Positions 9,848 to 19,732 of a stretch of DNA of 64,000 nucleotides are shown here, one piece after another; the stretch's first letter is position 1, and every line of letters starts with the position of its first letter. The notes beneath the pieces were generated by a model. The model searched no databases. It saw only the letters and a program-made list of their open reading frames with translations, and was not told the origin of the DNA. The stretch is from contig JAKQNO010000138.1 in NCBI GenBank assembly GCA_029565735.1, forward strand, positions 18,195 to 82,194, written 5' to 3'. Origin of the DNA: a bacterium (GTDB taxonomy: Bacteria; Oederibacteriota; PGYV01). The translations under genes were made by a program, and so were the position numbers.

Positions 9848-10327
9848 TCATATTTCCAATCTCATTACCCAATCAGCCTTGTTCTGCTTTATCTTTTTAA
9901 AGCCCATCCTTTCATAAAGCCTTACTGACGGGTTTTTCATGTCCGTGCTCAGCGATAAAGCATAATAACCCTTTATATGCGCAAGGGCGGTTAATTCTTT
10001 AAGCAGCAGCGTGCCTATACCCCTGTTTCTGAATTCTTTTCTTACAGCCACGGAAATCTCCGGAATTCCCGCTTCAACAAAACCATACCCTTTATCATTT
10101 TCCGGGAATAGAATATACCACGCCGCGCCTGCAGGTTTATCATTATCAAGTGCTATGACTCCCCCGCCATATGGCATAATGTATCTGACGTACCTGTTTA
10201 TTTCCGGAATCTTTAAAAGTTCGGCCGGCGGGGGTTTTAAAGATGGATCTTCAAAAAACACCATTTCATAAAGCATCTCTTCAAGAAACGCGTAATCGCT
10301 CCCCTGAATCTCCCTGATATTAATCAA
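9848..10327 (-). CDS. GNAT family N-acetyltransferase
   Basis: Acetyl-CoA binding motif RNRGIGTLLL (Q/RxxGxG/A). Size 159 aa. Confidence 0.75.
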   Translation of the reverse strand: MINIREIQGSDYAFLEEMLYEMVFFEDPSLKPPPAELLKIPEINRYVRYIMPYGGGVIALDNDKPAGAAWYILFPENDKGYGFVEAGIPEISVAVRKEFRNRGIGTLLLKELTALAHIKGYYALSLSTDMKNPSVRLYERMGFKKIKQNKADWVMRLEI

Positions 10328-10504
10328 ATCATCACCTGCTATTCTAAAATATGGCGTAACAAAAGCATCTCTGCTAATCAGCTAACCGGTTTGAACACAG
10401 CGCGGCTGCCGGAAATATATAAACAAACCATACGGCGTAAACTGAAAAAATATACCAGGTTCCCGTAAAACGTATGGACGGAACAAAACATAAATACCCG
10501 AAAA

Positions 10505-10540
10505 ATATAAAAGGGGCGGAAATATCCGCCCCTTTTATTT
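10505..10540 (-). terminator. Rho-independent terminator downstream of the RND pump gene
   Basis: Hairpin GGGGCGGATATTTCCGCCCC followed by TTTTATATTTTT on the minus strand. Confidence 0.5.
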
Positions 10541-10553
10541 AGCCCTCAAAAAA

Positions 10554-13500
10554 TCAGCTGTGCTGATTTTCCGCCTCTTCTTTTAACATTTTCTTTTCTT
10601 TCCTCTTTAACATCTTGTTTTCCACCCACTCATAAACAACAGGCACAACAACAAGCGTTAAGAAAGTGGATGTGATAAGCCCGCCGATGACCACTATTGC
10701 CAGCGACTCATTCCCTTTTGCCCCTTCACCCATTGACAGCGCTATGGGAAGCATACCGAATATCATGGCAAACGACGTCATAAGAATAGGCCTTAAACGT
10801 ATAGGCGCGGCGTGCAGCAGCGCTTCCCTGATATCCATTCCTTCTTCGCGCTTTTTATTTGTAAAATCAAGAAGCAGAATCCCGTTTTTGGCTACAAGTC
10901 CCAATACCATAAGAAGCCCGATAAACGCGAACATATCAAGCTGATATCCGGTTATCAGTATCCCGATAAAGGCTCCGATTATGGCAAGCGGAATTGAAGT
11001 CATAAGGATAAGCGGCTGTATAAACGAATTGTACAGGGACGCCAGTATCATATACATAAACAGCACGGCAAGAAGCATCGCGCCGCCCATCTGTACTACA
11101 AGCTCGCCAAACTGCTCGCTTTGCCCGCCGAATGTATATCTGTACCCCGAAGGCAGTTTAAGCTCTTCTTTAAGCCTTTTTTGAATCTTGCCGTTAACTT
11201 CAATGACGGAATAACCCGGCGCAAGAGAAGCCGTTACAATCACGTTTCTCATCTTGTCTTCCCTGCGTATTTCAACAGGGCCCGCGTAGTATTTAAAAGT
11301 ACAGACAGAACTTAACGGTATCTTTTTACCCATCCTGTTTGTCAGAATCATATTTCTGATGTCATCCGTCATCCTTTTGTTGGACTCATTCAGTTCAATA
11401 TTGATATTATATTCTTTTTCATCTTTCCTGAACGTGGAAATATCCGAACCTGATACAAGGGCCCTTAACGTGGAGCCCACTTCGTATACCGACATCCCAA
11501 GTTTTTCAGCTTTTACAGGGTCAACTGAAATTACCATTTCAGGTTTCCCCGGTTTGTAGGATATGTCCGTAGACGCGGTTCCGGGCGTTTCTTCTATCAT
11601 CTTTTTTATCTTCCCGGAATATTCAGCAAGCACTTTTAAGTCATCGCCGAAAATTTTCACAAGAATCGGGGTGCTCATTTCATCGTTGCCGCTCATTTTG
11701 CCGCCCATTCCCTGCGAAACAGTGACATTCATAAACACGTCAATCCTGTTATCCTTTACGTATTTCATTACTTTCTGTATAAACTGTTCGTTTGAAACCT
11801 TTCTTTCGGTCACCGGCAGAAGCGAAATCATTATGGAACCGGTATTGCTTCCGCCCGCGCCGCCAAAACCCGTGCCCGTATCGCCGATGCTGGCAAAATA
11901 AGTCTGTACTTCTTTCTGCTGGACTATAAATTTTTCCACTTCAAGCATGTATCCGTCTATTTTTTGAACAGGCGCGCCGGGATAAGTCTGCATGCTCAGA
12001 TTTACAATATTAATGTTCTGATTCATAAAACCCATCTTCATGAAGGGCAATAACATAAAGCTTCCCACAAAAAGCAGTACCGTCGTTATTAATACCGCTT
12101 TTTTTCTGTTAAGCGCCCAGTGCAGTATTTCGCCATAAACCCTGTTGCCTTCATCATATATCTGATTCCATTTTTTTGTAATTCCGTCCATGAATTTTGA
12201 AAAACCTTTTTTATCCGCGCTTTCCTTCTCTTTCTTATACCAGTACGCGGATAACATGGGCGCCGTTGTAAACGCGTCCAGAAGGGATATTGCAAGGGCA
12301 AAAGCTACCGTAAATCCAAACTGTTTGAAGAACTGCCCTATTACGCCGGTTAAAAACGATATAGGTAAAAAAACAGCCATAATAGAAAGGGTTGTAGATA
12401 TAACCGAAAGTGCCACTTCATTGGTCCCCTTTTCAGCCGCTTCCTTGGGAGGCATGCCCAATTCTATATGCCTGAAAATATTTTCGCGCACAACTATAGA
12501 GTCATCTATAAGAAGCCCGACCGCAAGTGATAATGACAGAAGTGTAATGACGTTAATGGAAAACCCGGACAGTGATATCAGGAAGAAAGCGCCGATAATG
12601 GAATTCGGAAGCGCAATCGCCGTAATAATGGCGGACCTGAAATTGCCCAGAAACAGCCACACTATAAGAAGCGCAAGTACGGCGCCTAAGACAATATTTT
12701 CCTGAACTCCCGAAACACTTTTCTTAATTCTTATGGTTGTATCAATAATGGTCTTTATCTTAATATCGGCCGGAAGCTCTTTTAAAGTTTTAGCTATCTG
12801 TTTAGTGACCTTATCCGCCGTCTCTACCGAATTGACGCCGCTCTGTTTAAATACAGCCATGAGCACCGCGGGCTTTGTATTTACCCTTAATTTGCCGGTT
12901 TCTTTCTGAAGAGTCCATTCAACTTTTGCAATGTCCTTAAGCCTTACGATTTTGCCGGTTGTGGAAGATACAGGCAGAAGCCCTATTTCATCAATTGTTT
13001 TAAATTCACCTATGACCCTTATAGCCATATTTTTTTCAACGCCATCAATATCGCCGACCGGATAGCTTAAATTTCTGGCTTTAATCGCCCCGCTTATCTG
13101 GTTCATATTAAGGCCGTTTGCCTGTAAAAGCGCCTTGTTAACCGTTACTTTGACAACCTTTTCCCTGCCGCCAAAAACATAAACCGCGGCCACGCCCTGC
13201 GTCTGCTCTATGGCAGGCTTCATTACGTCTTCCATTATTTCCTGGAGCATGGTCTGATCGCGGTCCGCTTCAATGGAGTAGAAAGCAATGGGGATGTCGC
13301 TTAACGAGAAACTCTGAATTATGGGATCCTGTATATCTTCGGGAAGGAACGACTTAATTCCGTCCACTTTTTCCCTGACTTTCTGTTCCGCGTATTTCAC
13401 TTCCACGCCAAGTTTAAAAGAAGCGGTTATAACGGCCAGATTTTCCCTTGCCACGGCATTTATGGTGTCAATGCCTTCAAGGGTGGCAAGCTGCTCTTCC

Positions 13501-13700
13501 ATAGGTTTGATTATCAGCGATTCCACATCTTCGGCCGACGCTCCCGGATAGACAACAGAAACGCTTATTGTCGGAAATTCAATGTTAGGCATAAGCTCCA
13601 CCGGCAGGTTTATATAACCAATAAAACCCAGTGTTATTATTGAAAGCACCATCATTACGACCAGTACCGGCCTTTGGATGGCTAATTTTGCTATATTCAT
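10554..13700 (-). CDS. RND family efflux transporter, inner-membrane permease (AcrB/HAE1-like)
   Basis: 1048 aa with 12-TM RND architecture, two large periplasmic loops and N-terminal MNIAKLAIQRPVLVVMMVL. Downstream of the MFP and TolC genes. Confidence 0.9.
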   Translation of the reverse strand: MNIAKLAIQRPVLVVMMVLSIITLGFIGYINLPVELMPNIEFPTISVSVVYPGASAEDVESLIIKPMEEQLATLEGIDTINAVARENLAVITASFKLGVEVKYAEQKVREKVDGIKSFLPEDIQDPIIQSFSLSDIPIAFYSIEADRDQTMLQEIMEDVMKPAIEQTQGVAAVYVFGGREKVVKVTVNKALLQANGLNMNQISGAIKARNLSYPVGDIDGVEKNMAIRVIGEFKTIDEIGLLPVSSTTGKIVRLKDIAKVEWTLQKETGKLRVNTKPAVLMAVFKQSGVNSVETADKVTKQIAKTLKELPADIKIKTIIDTTIRIKKSVSGVQENIVLGAVLALLIVWLFLGNFRSAIITAIALPNSIIGAFFLISLSGFSINVITLLSLSLAVGLLIDDSIVVRENIFRHIELGMPPKEAAEKGTNEVALSVISTTLSIMAVFLPISFLTGVIGQFFKQFGFTVAFALAISLLDAFTTAPMLSAYWYKKEKESADKKGFSKFMDGITKKWNQIYDEGNRVYGEILHWALNRKKAVLITTVLLFVGSFMLLPFMKMGFMNQNINIVNLSMQTYPGAPVQKIDGYMLEVEKFIVQQKEVQTYFASIGDTGTGFGGAGGSNTGSIMISLLPVTERKVSNEQFIQKVMKYVKDNRIDVFMNVTVSQGMGGKMSGNDEMSTPILVKIFGDDLKVLAEYSGKIKKMIEETPGTASTDISYKPGKPEMVISVDPVKAEKLGMSVYEVGSTLRALVSGSDISTFRKDEKEYNINIELNESNKRMTDDIRNMILTNRMGKKIPLSSVCTFKYYAGPVEIRREDKMRNVIVTASLAPGYSVIEVNGKIQKRLKEELKLPSGYRYTFGGQSEQFGELVVQMGGAMLLAVLFMYMILASLYNSFIQPLILMTSIPLAIIGAFIGILITGYQLDMFAFIGLLMVLGLVAKNGILLLDFTNKKREEGMDIREALLHAAPIRLRPILMTSFAMIFGMLPIALSMGEGAKGNESLAIVVIGGLITSTFLTLVVVPVVYEWVENKMLKRKEKKMLKEEAENQHS

Positions 13701-13742
13701 ACAATCGCTCCTTAAATTATTATTAAATTAGAATAATCCGCT

Positions 13743-14744
13743 TTACTTCTTTTCCGGCTGTACCGGAGTTTCTTCTTTTTTAGCGGCGCTTTTTTTATCT
13801 TCTTTCCCGCCCTTTACATCAGCCGCCGGTTTGGCCGGCTCATTCCCGGTGCTTATTAAAACCCCGTCAGACAGTTTAAACGTTCCGTCAGTTATAACTT
13901 CCGTGCCTGCCGCAAGCCCGTCGCCGGAAATTTCTATCATATCTTTGTTCCTGTATCCCGCTTTAACGGTTGTCTGTTTTGCTTTGCCTTCCACGGCCGT
14001 AAATATATAATCGCCGCTTTCCGTCATTATCACGGCTTTTTCCGGAACCATAAAACCCTTTATATCTTCAAGCAGTATTTCCGCGTTGACAGACATTCCA
14101 AGTTTTAATTTATTCCCGGTATTTGGAGCTTTAACCACAATGGTGCCTGACATAATATCGCTGTCAATCACAGGCGGAACAGAATATACTTCCCCCCGGA
14201 CGGAAAGCGACGCGTCTTCCACAAATGATATTATCGCCTTTTGCCCTTTTTTGATTTTAACAAGGTCTTCCTGCCCGGCATTAAAAACAAGTTTTACCTT
14301 TGAAGGGTCCGCTATTTCCGCGACCGGCATTGCCGGGCTTACAGCTTCGCCCCTGTCTATGCAGTAAAGTTTTGTAACCATTCCGCCCACAGGCGCGGTT
14401 ACAGGCGCAAGTTCATACTGGTATCCGACCATGTCCCTGTCAATGTAGACAAGCACATCCCCTTTATTCACATAACTTCCTTCAGCCACGGCATTTCTTG
14501 AAAACTTGCCCGGCACTATAGGAAACACTTTCACCTGCGGGTCCCCTTCAATTACCCCCTGCACTGCAAAATATTTGGCAATCTGCCTTGTTTCAAGTTT
14601 AACGGTCGCTACGTTATAAACAAGCTCCGCCGGTTTTTTTCCGCCTTTCGCTATGCTCTGTCCAATCCTGAAAATTATCAGCACGGCAATGATTATAAGC
14701 GTAATCTTTAAAACATTCTTAAGCAGGTTTCTTGTCTTGTCCAT
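13743..14744 (-). CDS. RND efflux periplasmic adaptor (membrane fusion protein, HlyD/AcrA family)
   Basis: N-terminal TM anchor, lipoyl/beta-barrel-type MFP organisation, Lys-rich tail. Operon position between TolC-like and RND. Confidence 0.8.
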   Translation of the reverse strand: MDKTRNLLKNVLKITLIIIAVLIIFRIGQSIAKGGKKPAELVYNVATVKLETRQIAKYFAVQGVIEGDPQVKVFPIVPGKFSRNAVAEGSYVNKGDVLVYIDRDMVGYQYELAPVTAPVGGMVTKLYCIDRGEAVSPAMPVAEIADPSKVKLVFNAGQEDLVKIKKGQKAIISFVEDASLSVRGEVYSVPPVIDSDIMSGTIVVKAPNTGNKLKLGMSVNAEILLEDIKGFMVPEKAVIMTESGDYIFTAVEGKAKQTTVKAGYRNKDMIEISGDGLAAGTEVITDGTFKLSDGVLISTGNEPAKPAADVKGGKEDKKSAAKKEETPVQPEKK

Positions 14745-14761
14745 TTATTTTCTCCCGTGTT

Positions 14762-16051
14762 TTATTCTATGAAATTTTTAAGTTTCTGCATTGATGTAAG
14801 GTAATTATTTAACGCGTTATAATAGTTTGTCTTTGCCCTCATTAGCCCTATTTCCGCGTTCATAAGGTCAACGCTCTGAATCAGGCCGTTTTTGTAGCTT
14901 TCTGACGCTATCCTGTACCCTTCTTCCGCCTGCTTTATCAGGTCCCCGGCCGCTTCAATCACTTCTGCGCTTTCTTCCATCCCTGTGTAAAGCTGGTCAA
15001 GCTGTATTTCAAGCAGGTTTACCGTGTTTTCCTTTGTAAGATTCTGCTTTGCTTCCTGCGCTGCAGCTTCTTTAAATGCGTAGACGTTTTTGAAACCGTT
15101 GAAAAAAGTCCACTGCAATCCGACCATGACATCCCACATTCCGTACCAGTAACTTTTTTCGCTGTGAAAAGCGGAATCAGCGGAAATGTAACTGTAGTTT
15201 GCCGCCAGGGCTATATTGGGCAGAAACATCGCGCCGGTAAGATATTTTTTGTACTCGGATATCCTTGAGGCGGATTCAATAAGTTCCCTGTCATCGCTTT
15301 TTTCCCTGAATTTATTTTTTATGTCATCCGCTGTCAGTTCAAGTTTTTTATAATCAGGCTCTCCGGTCAGTTCAACTTCCCGGTCAAGGCTGATGCCCGC
15401 CGTGTTTTTAAGCATCTGCATTGAAAGCAGGTATGTGTCTTCCGCTTTTCTTGCGTCAGGTTTTGAATTAGCGTACTGAACCTGTGCCTGAAGCACTTCA
15501 AAGTTGGAAGCCTGCCCGCTTTTGTACTTTGCCTGAGTAATCCTGTAGTATTCTTCATTGCTCTTTAAGCTCTGCTTTCCGGCGTTCATAAGTTCTTTTG
15601 TTATAAGGGCCCCGTAATAAGCCGATATAACATCAAGATCAAGTTTTTCTTTTGCTTTTTTATAGCTGATAGACGCTATTTTGTAAGCCTCTTCCGCCAT
15701 TTTAAAGCCAAAAACCGTTTTCCCGAACGTAAACACAGGCTGCTGAAGCGAAACCTGCGCTGCGTACCACGGCCTCATCGGCATCGTTGAAAAAGTATTG
15801 TAAACAGCCTGATAGCCGCCTGAAAGCGAAACCGACGGCCCAAAAGACGCGGCCGCCTGGCCAAGCTGAGCTTCGGCTATTTCTTTGTCAAGCTGCGCCA
15901 TCTTAAATTCCCTGTTATTGTCAGCGCACATTTTCGCGAAATCTTCAAAAGAAAGTGTTAACACAGTCTCTTCCGCGTAAACAGCCGCTGATAGAAACAC
16001 GGATACTAAAAGAACCATAAAATATCTGATTAAATTCATTGGTCTCATCAC
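14762..16051 (-). CDS. TolC-like outer membrane efflux protein
   Basis: Signal peptide, two-repeat coiled-coil/barrel organisation of ~430 aa, operon context. Confidence 0.75.
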   Translation of the reverse strand: MMRPMNLIRYFMVLLVSVFLSAAVYAEETVLTLSFEDFAKMCADNNREFKMAQLDKEIAEAQLGQAAASFGPSVSLSGGYQAVYNTFSTMPMRPWYAAQVSLQQPVFTFGKTVFGFKMAEEAYKIASISYKKAKEKLDLDVISAYYGALITKELMNAGKQSLKSNEEYYRITQAKYKSGQASNFEVLQAQVQYANSKPDARKAEDTYLLSMQMLKNTAGISLDREVELTGEPDYKKLELTADDIKNKFREKSDDRELIESASRISEYKKYLTGAMFLPNIALAANYSYISADSAFHSEKSYWYGMWDVMVGLQWTFFNGFKNVYAFKEAAAQEAKQNLTKENTVNLLEIQLDQLYTGMEESAEVIEAAGDLIKQAEEGYRIASESYKNGLIQSVDLMNAEIGLMRAKTNYYNALNNYLTSMQKLKNFIE

Positions 16052-16058
16052 GGCCTCC

Positions 16059-16628
16059 TTAATAATATATTTTCCAGGCTGCGCCTGTTTTTACAGTGTG
16101 AATTTCTTTTTCATTAACATCATAAAAAGCCGGCCTTTCAATGCTTAACCTTAGAACAGCAATATCTGCCACGTTTAAGTTAACACCGATACCAAAATTG
16201 TAATAGCCGCCGGTCCAGCTTATGTCCTTATAATACATAGGCGGCATAGCAGCATCGTACATATGCATACTGCCAAGGGTCATTCCGGTTTCAAAAAACA
16301 AATCCGGAAATACCGGCCATTCAGGGAAAATATTGCCGCGGATACCCGCGTAAAGCGGCGCGTATACCGCGCAGGAATTTGAATCCTGCCTGGCTACAAA
16401 CACGTTATATGAACCGCCCAGATATGCTTCACCCCATTTAAATACGGATACTCCCGCTTTCGCGTCAAAGACCGGGGTGTCAAATACACCGTAGCCTTCC
16501 AGCATCCTGCTCTGCGGACCTGTTACAGTTCCGTAATTTAGGCCAAATTCCGTAAACACCCACTTTTCCGCCTTTACAGGAAAAGCGATAAACAGCAGCA
16601 CCACCAATAAAGCAGATAATTTTTTCAT
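16059..16628 (-). CDS. Small outer-membrane beta-barrel protein (OmpW/OmpA-like barrel)
   Basis: Signal peptide, alternating amphipathic beta-strands, C-terminal aromatic residues (WKIYY). Confidence 0.4.
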   Translation of the reverse strand: MKKLSALLVVLLFIAFPVKAEKWVFTEFGLNYGTVTGPQSRMLEGYGVFDTPVFDAKAGVSVFKWGEAYLGGSYNVFVARQDSNSCAVYAPLYAGIRGNIFPEWPVFPDLFFETGMTLGSMHMYDAAMPPMYYKDISWTGGYYNFGIGVNLNVADIAVLRLSIERPAFYDVNEKEIHTVKTGAAWKIYY

Positions 16629-16630
16629 TT

Positions 16631-17071
16631 TTATACCATCCTTTCAAGGTAATCATTCATTTTAACAAGCATTTTAACTGCCTGTTTTTTCTCGGTCCCG
16701 GAAAGCACGTCCAGAAGCTTCCCCATTATTCCGTCCATCTCTTTTAAGTGGCACAGCACTTCCTTTTTTGTCCTGCCCGAAACAGATATCCATACGGTCC
16801 TTCTGTCTTTTTCATCGCTTTCCCTTATAAGCAGCCCGTTCTTTACCAGCTTATTTACCATGCTTGTCATAGTCGGAAGTTTTACACCTTCGCTTCTTGC
16901 AAGGTCGCCCATTTTCATCCTGCCGTTTTCAAAAACACGCCCCAGAATATACATCTGCGCCATGGTCACTTCATGAACGCCCTTTACGCAGTTTTTATGG
17001 GCAAACTTTTTTTTGACAAGCTGCCCGATCCTGCGGATGTATTCTATCAATTCCCTTGATGTCACATCCAT
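16631..17071 (-). CDS. MarR family transcriptional regulator, first gene of the efflux operon
   Basis: Winged HTH (MAQMYILGRVFENGRMKMGDLARSEGVKLPTMTSMVNKLVKNGL). Size 146 aa. Confidence 0.75.
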   Translation of the reverse strand: MDVTSRELIEYIRRIGQLVKKKFAHKNCVKGVHEVTMAQMYILGRVFENGRMKMGDLARSEGVKLPTMTSMVNKLVKNGLLIRESDEKDRRTVWISVSGRTKKEVLCHLKEMDGIMGKLLDVLSGTEKKQAVKMLVKMNDYLERMV

Positions 17072-17117
17072 TTTAGCACCTCTAATTATTTATTTAACTA
17101 ATTGTTAGATGGGCTAA

Positions 17118-17145
17118 GTATATTGATAAAAAACTATTTTGTCAA
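17118..17145 (-). promoter_or_regulatory. Sigma70-type promoter TTGACA-N17-TATACT for the marR-efflux operon, with overlapping imperfect palindrome
   Basis: Minus strand TTGACAaaatagttttttatcaaTATACT. An inverted repeat TTGAYAAAA...TTTTRTCAA overlaps the -35/-10 (a likely MarR operator). Confidence 0.45.
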
Positions 17146-17181
17146 CAAAAAAAAATATTTTTTTTAAACCAGTTTTATATT

Positions 17182-17982
17182 TTAATGGGCCTGTGCTTCT
17201 TTATTTGTCGCGTCCGCCGCCGGATAATATACGGCATTATCGGTTTTAAATTTTACATACAGCTGTTCTTTCCCGTCCGCAATCCACGCGCCTTCCATAT
17301 ATGAAGGAAGCTTGTACCCGTTATAATCTTTAAACTCTCCCGGATATCCCGCCCATTCCCTTGATACAAGCACTTTGCCCTCTTCCCTGTTCCTTTTTAA
17401 CTTTATTGACTTTAACGAACCGTCCGGATTAAACGCAAGGAGCGCGCGCGACGTCATGCCGCTGTCTTTTATTGACGCGTACGCGGAATCAGCCCCGGCT
17501 TTTTCCCAGGTTATTATGTTTTTATCAAACAATACCGTGGGAATAAGCAGGCATTCTGTAAGCATGCGCTCCAGCGAAGCCTGATTCATATAACCTCCGG
17601 CAGCATCCTGCAGCGTAAATAAAGACATAAGCTTAATGTGCATCCTGCCGGAACCGTTAAAATAAGAATCCGTCGCGCCCATCGTCACAAACGGCGCCAT
17701 ATTGATTACTCCCCTCCAGACAAATGAGGGTTTTTTGCCGGTAAGAAAATACTTGCCTTTTATTTTAAACCATTGCCCGTCCTGGGAAGGCTTAAATTCC
17801 CCGGTATGATTAATTTCCGCGGAGTCAATCATCGGCTTGCCTGTAATTTCAAGAAATGCCGCGAATTTTTTCACGGGCGCAGGCAGTGTTTTCACATAAG
17901 CCGCGCTTACAACAGCGCCGTTATGGCCGCCGGAGGCAGCTTTAATAGCTGCCGCTTTTTTAATAAATAACGATTCATCCAC
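17182..17982 (-). CDS. Hypothetical protein, probably secreted (start uncertain)
   Basis: No recognisable domain. A signal-peptide-like hydrophobic segment (KKTAAISVIFILAALFIIAISA) is encoded in frame immediately upstream of the ORF-track GTG start, with no canonical start codon. Confidence 0.4.
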   Translation of the reverse strand: MDESLFIKKAAAIKAASGGHNGAVVSAAYVKTLPAPVKKFAAFLEITGKPMIDSAEINHTGEFKPSQDGQWFKIKGKYFLTGKKPSFVWRGVINMAPFVTMGATDSYFNGSGRMHIKLMSLFTLQDAAGGYMNQASLERMLTECLLIPTVLFDKNIITWEKAGADSAYASIKDSGMTSRALLAFNPDGSLKSIKLKRNREEGKVLVSREWAGYPGEFKDYNGYKLPSYMEGAWIADGKEQLYVKFKTDNAVYYPAADATNKEAQAH

Positions 17983-18071
17983 AGTTGCCGATATTGCGAT
18001 AATAAATAACGCCGCCAGAATAAAAATTACGGATATTGCCGCTGTTTTTTTTATATGAAGCCTCCGGTATT

Positions 18072-18114
18072 TTTAATAAAAAAAGGCGCGGGATGCTTTG
18101 GGCACCCCGCGCCT
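18072..18114 (-). terminator. Rho-independent terminator after the GT2 gene
   Basis: Stem GGCGCGGG...CCCGCGCC (8 bp, extendable) followed by a T9 tract on the minus strand. Confidence 0.55.
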
Positions 18115-18131
18115 TTGAACTTTGCTTTAAA

Positions 18132-19271
18132 TTAACCTTCCAGGTTAATCGCGTTAAACTTCTTCTGGCTGTCAAGGCCGCCCTTAATGAAATTCCATTT
18201 GGACATATACTGTATGGTCATCCATGTAAAAAGTTTTGCCCTTGGTTTAACCTTAAATGACGGTATGAAAAATTTTCCCGTAAAGAATAACGCAAGGCCA
18301 AAAAGCACCGCAAGCGGTGTAAAGTTGGCTATAATCCCGCCCACAAAAGCCGAAACAACCAAAGTAATAAGGAACGCAAGCCCAAGCAAGTGCATTAAAA
18401 GCCAGTCGCCGATATAGATAATGCCCGGTATCGGGAAAGGTATCGGGATGGAAATTCCGCCGAAATAATCAATGTAAATTTCAAGCACTTTCTTGGAATG
18501 TTCCCTGATTAACAGCGGATGTCCGTAGCCGTATCCGTAAAGCTGCTTATAGAACTGCTGCGGTGTCGCCCTGTGCATATGGTCAACTATTGCCGAAGGC
18601 TGGAAGAAAAGCTTGAATCCGGCCTTTGAAACCCTAAGGTTAAAATCAACGTCTTCGCCCGTGGGTTCGTGCCAGAATTCATTTCCTATTGCCATGGCCG
18701 CTTTTTTGGAAACAGAAGCATTGGCCGTAGCAAAGAAAGGCGAAGTCTGTGAACCGTTGACTTCGTGCGGAAGGTCTTTTTTAACCGGCGGATAATAGCC
18801 GCCGTTCTTCATTCCAACACGATTACCTATTGATAAAAAGCCGGTCTGCTCGCAGTAATTTTCCGTGTCATTATTGGCGTCCGTCCTTAAAGTGTAAACT
18901 TCGCCGCCAACCATGCCGATCTGCGGGTCTTTAAGAAAAGGTTCTATCATTTTTTCTATCCAGTCTTTATGCGGCGCGCAGTCCCCGTCAGTAAACAGGA
19001 TGTATTCGCCCTGTGCCACTTTTAAAGCCGCGTTTCTTGCGTGACCCGGCGACTTTGAATCAGGCACCAGTTCAAGTTTGATAAACGGATATTTTTCCTG
19101 CCACTTTTTGATGATTTCCACAGTCTTGTCCGTGGAACCTCCGTCAGCAAAAACAATTTCCATGTTTTCCCTTGGATAATCGACATTTAAAAGGTACTGA
19201 ATCGTGGTGTCGATTGTCCTCTCCGCGTTTCTTACCGGGGAGATAATCGTTACAAACGGTTTCTCTGCCAT
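18132..19271 (-). CDS. Family 2 glycosyltransferase with C-terminal membrane domain
   Basis: GT-A motifs VTIISPVRN, DGGSTD and TDGDC (DxD). C-terminal 4 TM helices. Confidence 0.8.
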   Translation of the reverse strand: MAEKPFVTIISPVRNAERTIDTTIQYLLNVDYPRENMEIVFADGGSTDKTVEIIKKWQEKYPFIKLELVPDSKSPGHARNAALKVAQGEYILFTDGDCAPHKDWIEKMIEPFLKDPQIGMVGGEVYTLRTDANNDTENYCEQTGFLSIGNRVGMKNGGYYPPVKKDLPHEVNGSQTSPFFATANASVSKKAAMAIGNEFWHEPTGEDVDFNLRVSKAGFKLFFQPSAIVDHMHRATPQQFYKQLYGYGYGHPLLIREHSKKVLEIYIDYFGGISIPIPFPIPGIIYIGDWLLMHLLGLAFLITLVVSAFVGGIIANFTPLAVLFGLALFFTGKFFIPSFKVKPRAKLFTWMTIQYMSKWNFIKGGLDSQKKFNAINLEG

Positions 19272-19347
19272 TTACTTTCCTCCTGCAGTCCATATATAAG
19301 AATACAGCGGGCGCCGTATTCCTTCCCGCTTGTTAACACAGCAAGGG

Positions 19348-19375
19348 ATTATATCAGAAATGGCGCAGTTTTCAA
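19348..19375 (-). promoter_or_regulatory. Extended -10 sigma70 promoter (TTGAAA-N16-TGaTATAAT) for the GT2 gene
   Basis: Minus strand TTGAAAactgcgccatttcTGATATAAT, located ~75 nt upstream of the GT2 ATG. The GT2 start has AGGAGG as SD. Confidence 0.4.
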
Positions 19376-19395
19376 GGGGAAAATCTTTAAAGGCG

Positions 19396-19424
19396 GCAGC
19401 TTGGCAGCTTGGCAGCTTGGCAGC
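19396..19424. repeat. Tandem octamer microsatellite (GCAGCTTG)x3.5
   Basis: Sequence ggcagcttggcagcttggcagcttggcagc is read directly. It lies within a GC-rich 350-bp non-coding spacer. Confidence 0.6.
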
Positions 19425-19732
19425 TCGGAAAGACAAAAAGACAAAACACGAGGGACAGAGGTTCGGATACACGGTTGGAGCGAGCCTGCGAAGCGGAAAT
19501 CCCCGGGCTTGCGCGAGTTTACAAGCGCAAGTGTTAGGGGAAGGGACGGAAGTAAAAACAACTTCAATTGCCGCGCCCTGAAGGGTGCGCCTGCCAATAC
19601 ATTTTATTTTTACGTATTGGTAGCCGCGCCTTTTAAGGCGCGTTGTTTAAATCAAATCCTTAACTGCCGCAGGATAATACCCTCGCCTGCCAAGTCTAAA
19701 CCGTACCGCGAACCGCTGAGCCGCGTTATTTC

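Noticed and set aside
10666-13551. Multiple plus-strand ORFs (60-170 aa) inside the RND pump gene, and similar antisense ORFs inside the helicase, SecY and r-protein genes
   Set aside because: They are antisense to long, well-supported genes and have low-complexity translations with no start context. They are spurious.
19396-19424. CRISPR-like repeat array
   Set aside because: The repeat unit is only 8 nt, with no spacers. It is a microsatellite, not a CRISPR array.
19380-19732. SRP RNA, RNase P RNA, tmRNA or 6S RNA in the GC-rich spacer
   Set aside because: None of the hallmark motifs are present (SRP AGGUCCGGAAGGAAGCAGC-like domain IV, RNase P GGAAAGUCCGG/ACAGAAACCCGGCUUA, tmRNA tag ORF). 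It is retained only as an unclassified structured element.
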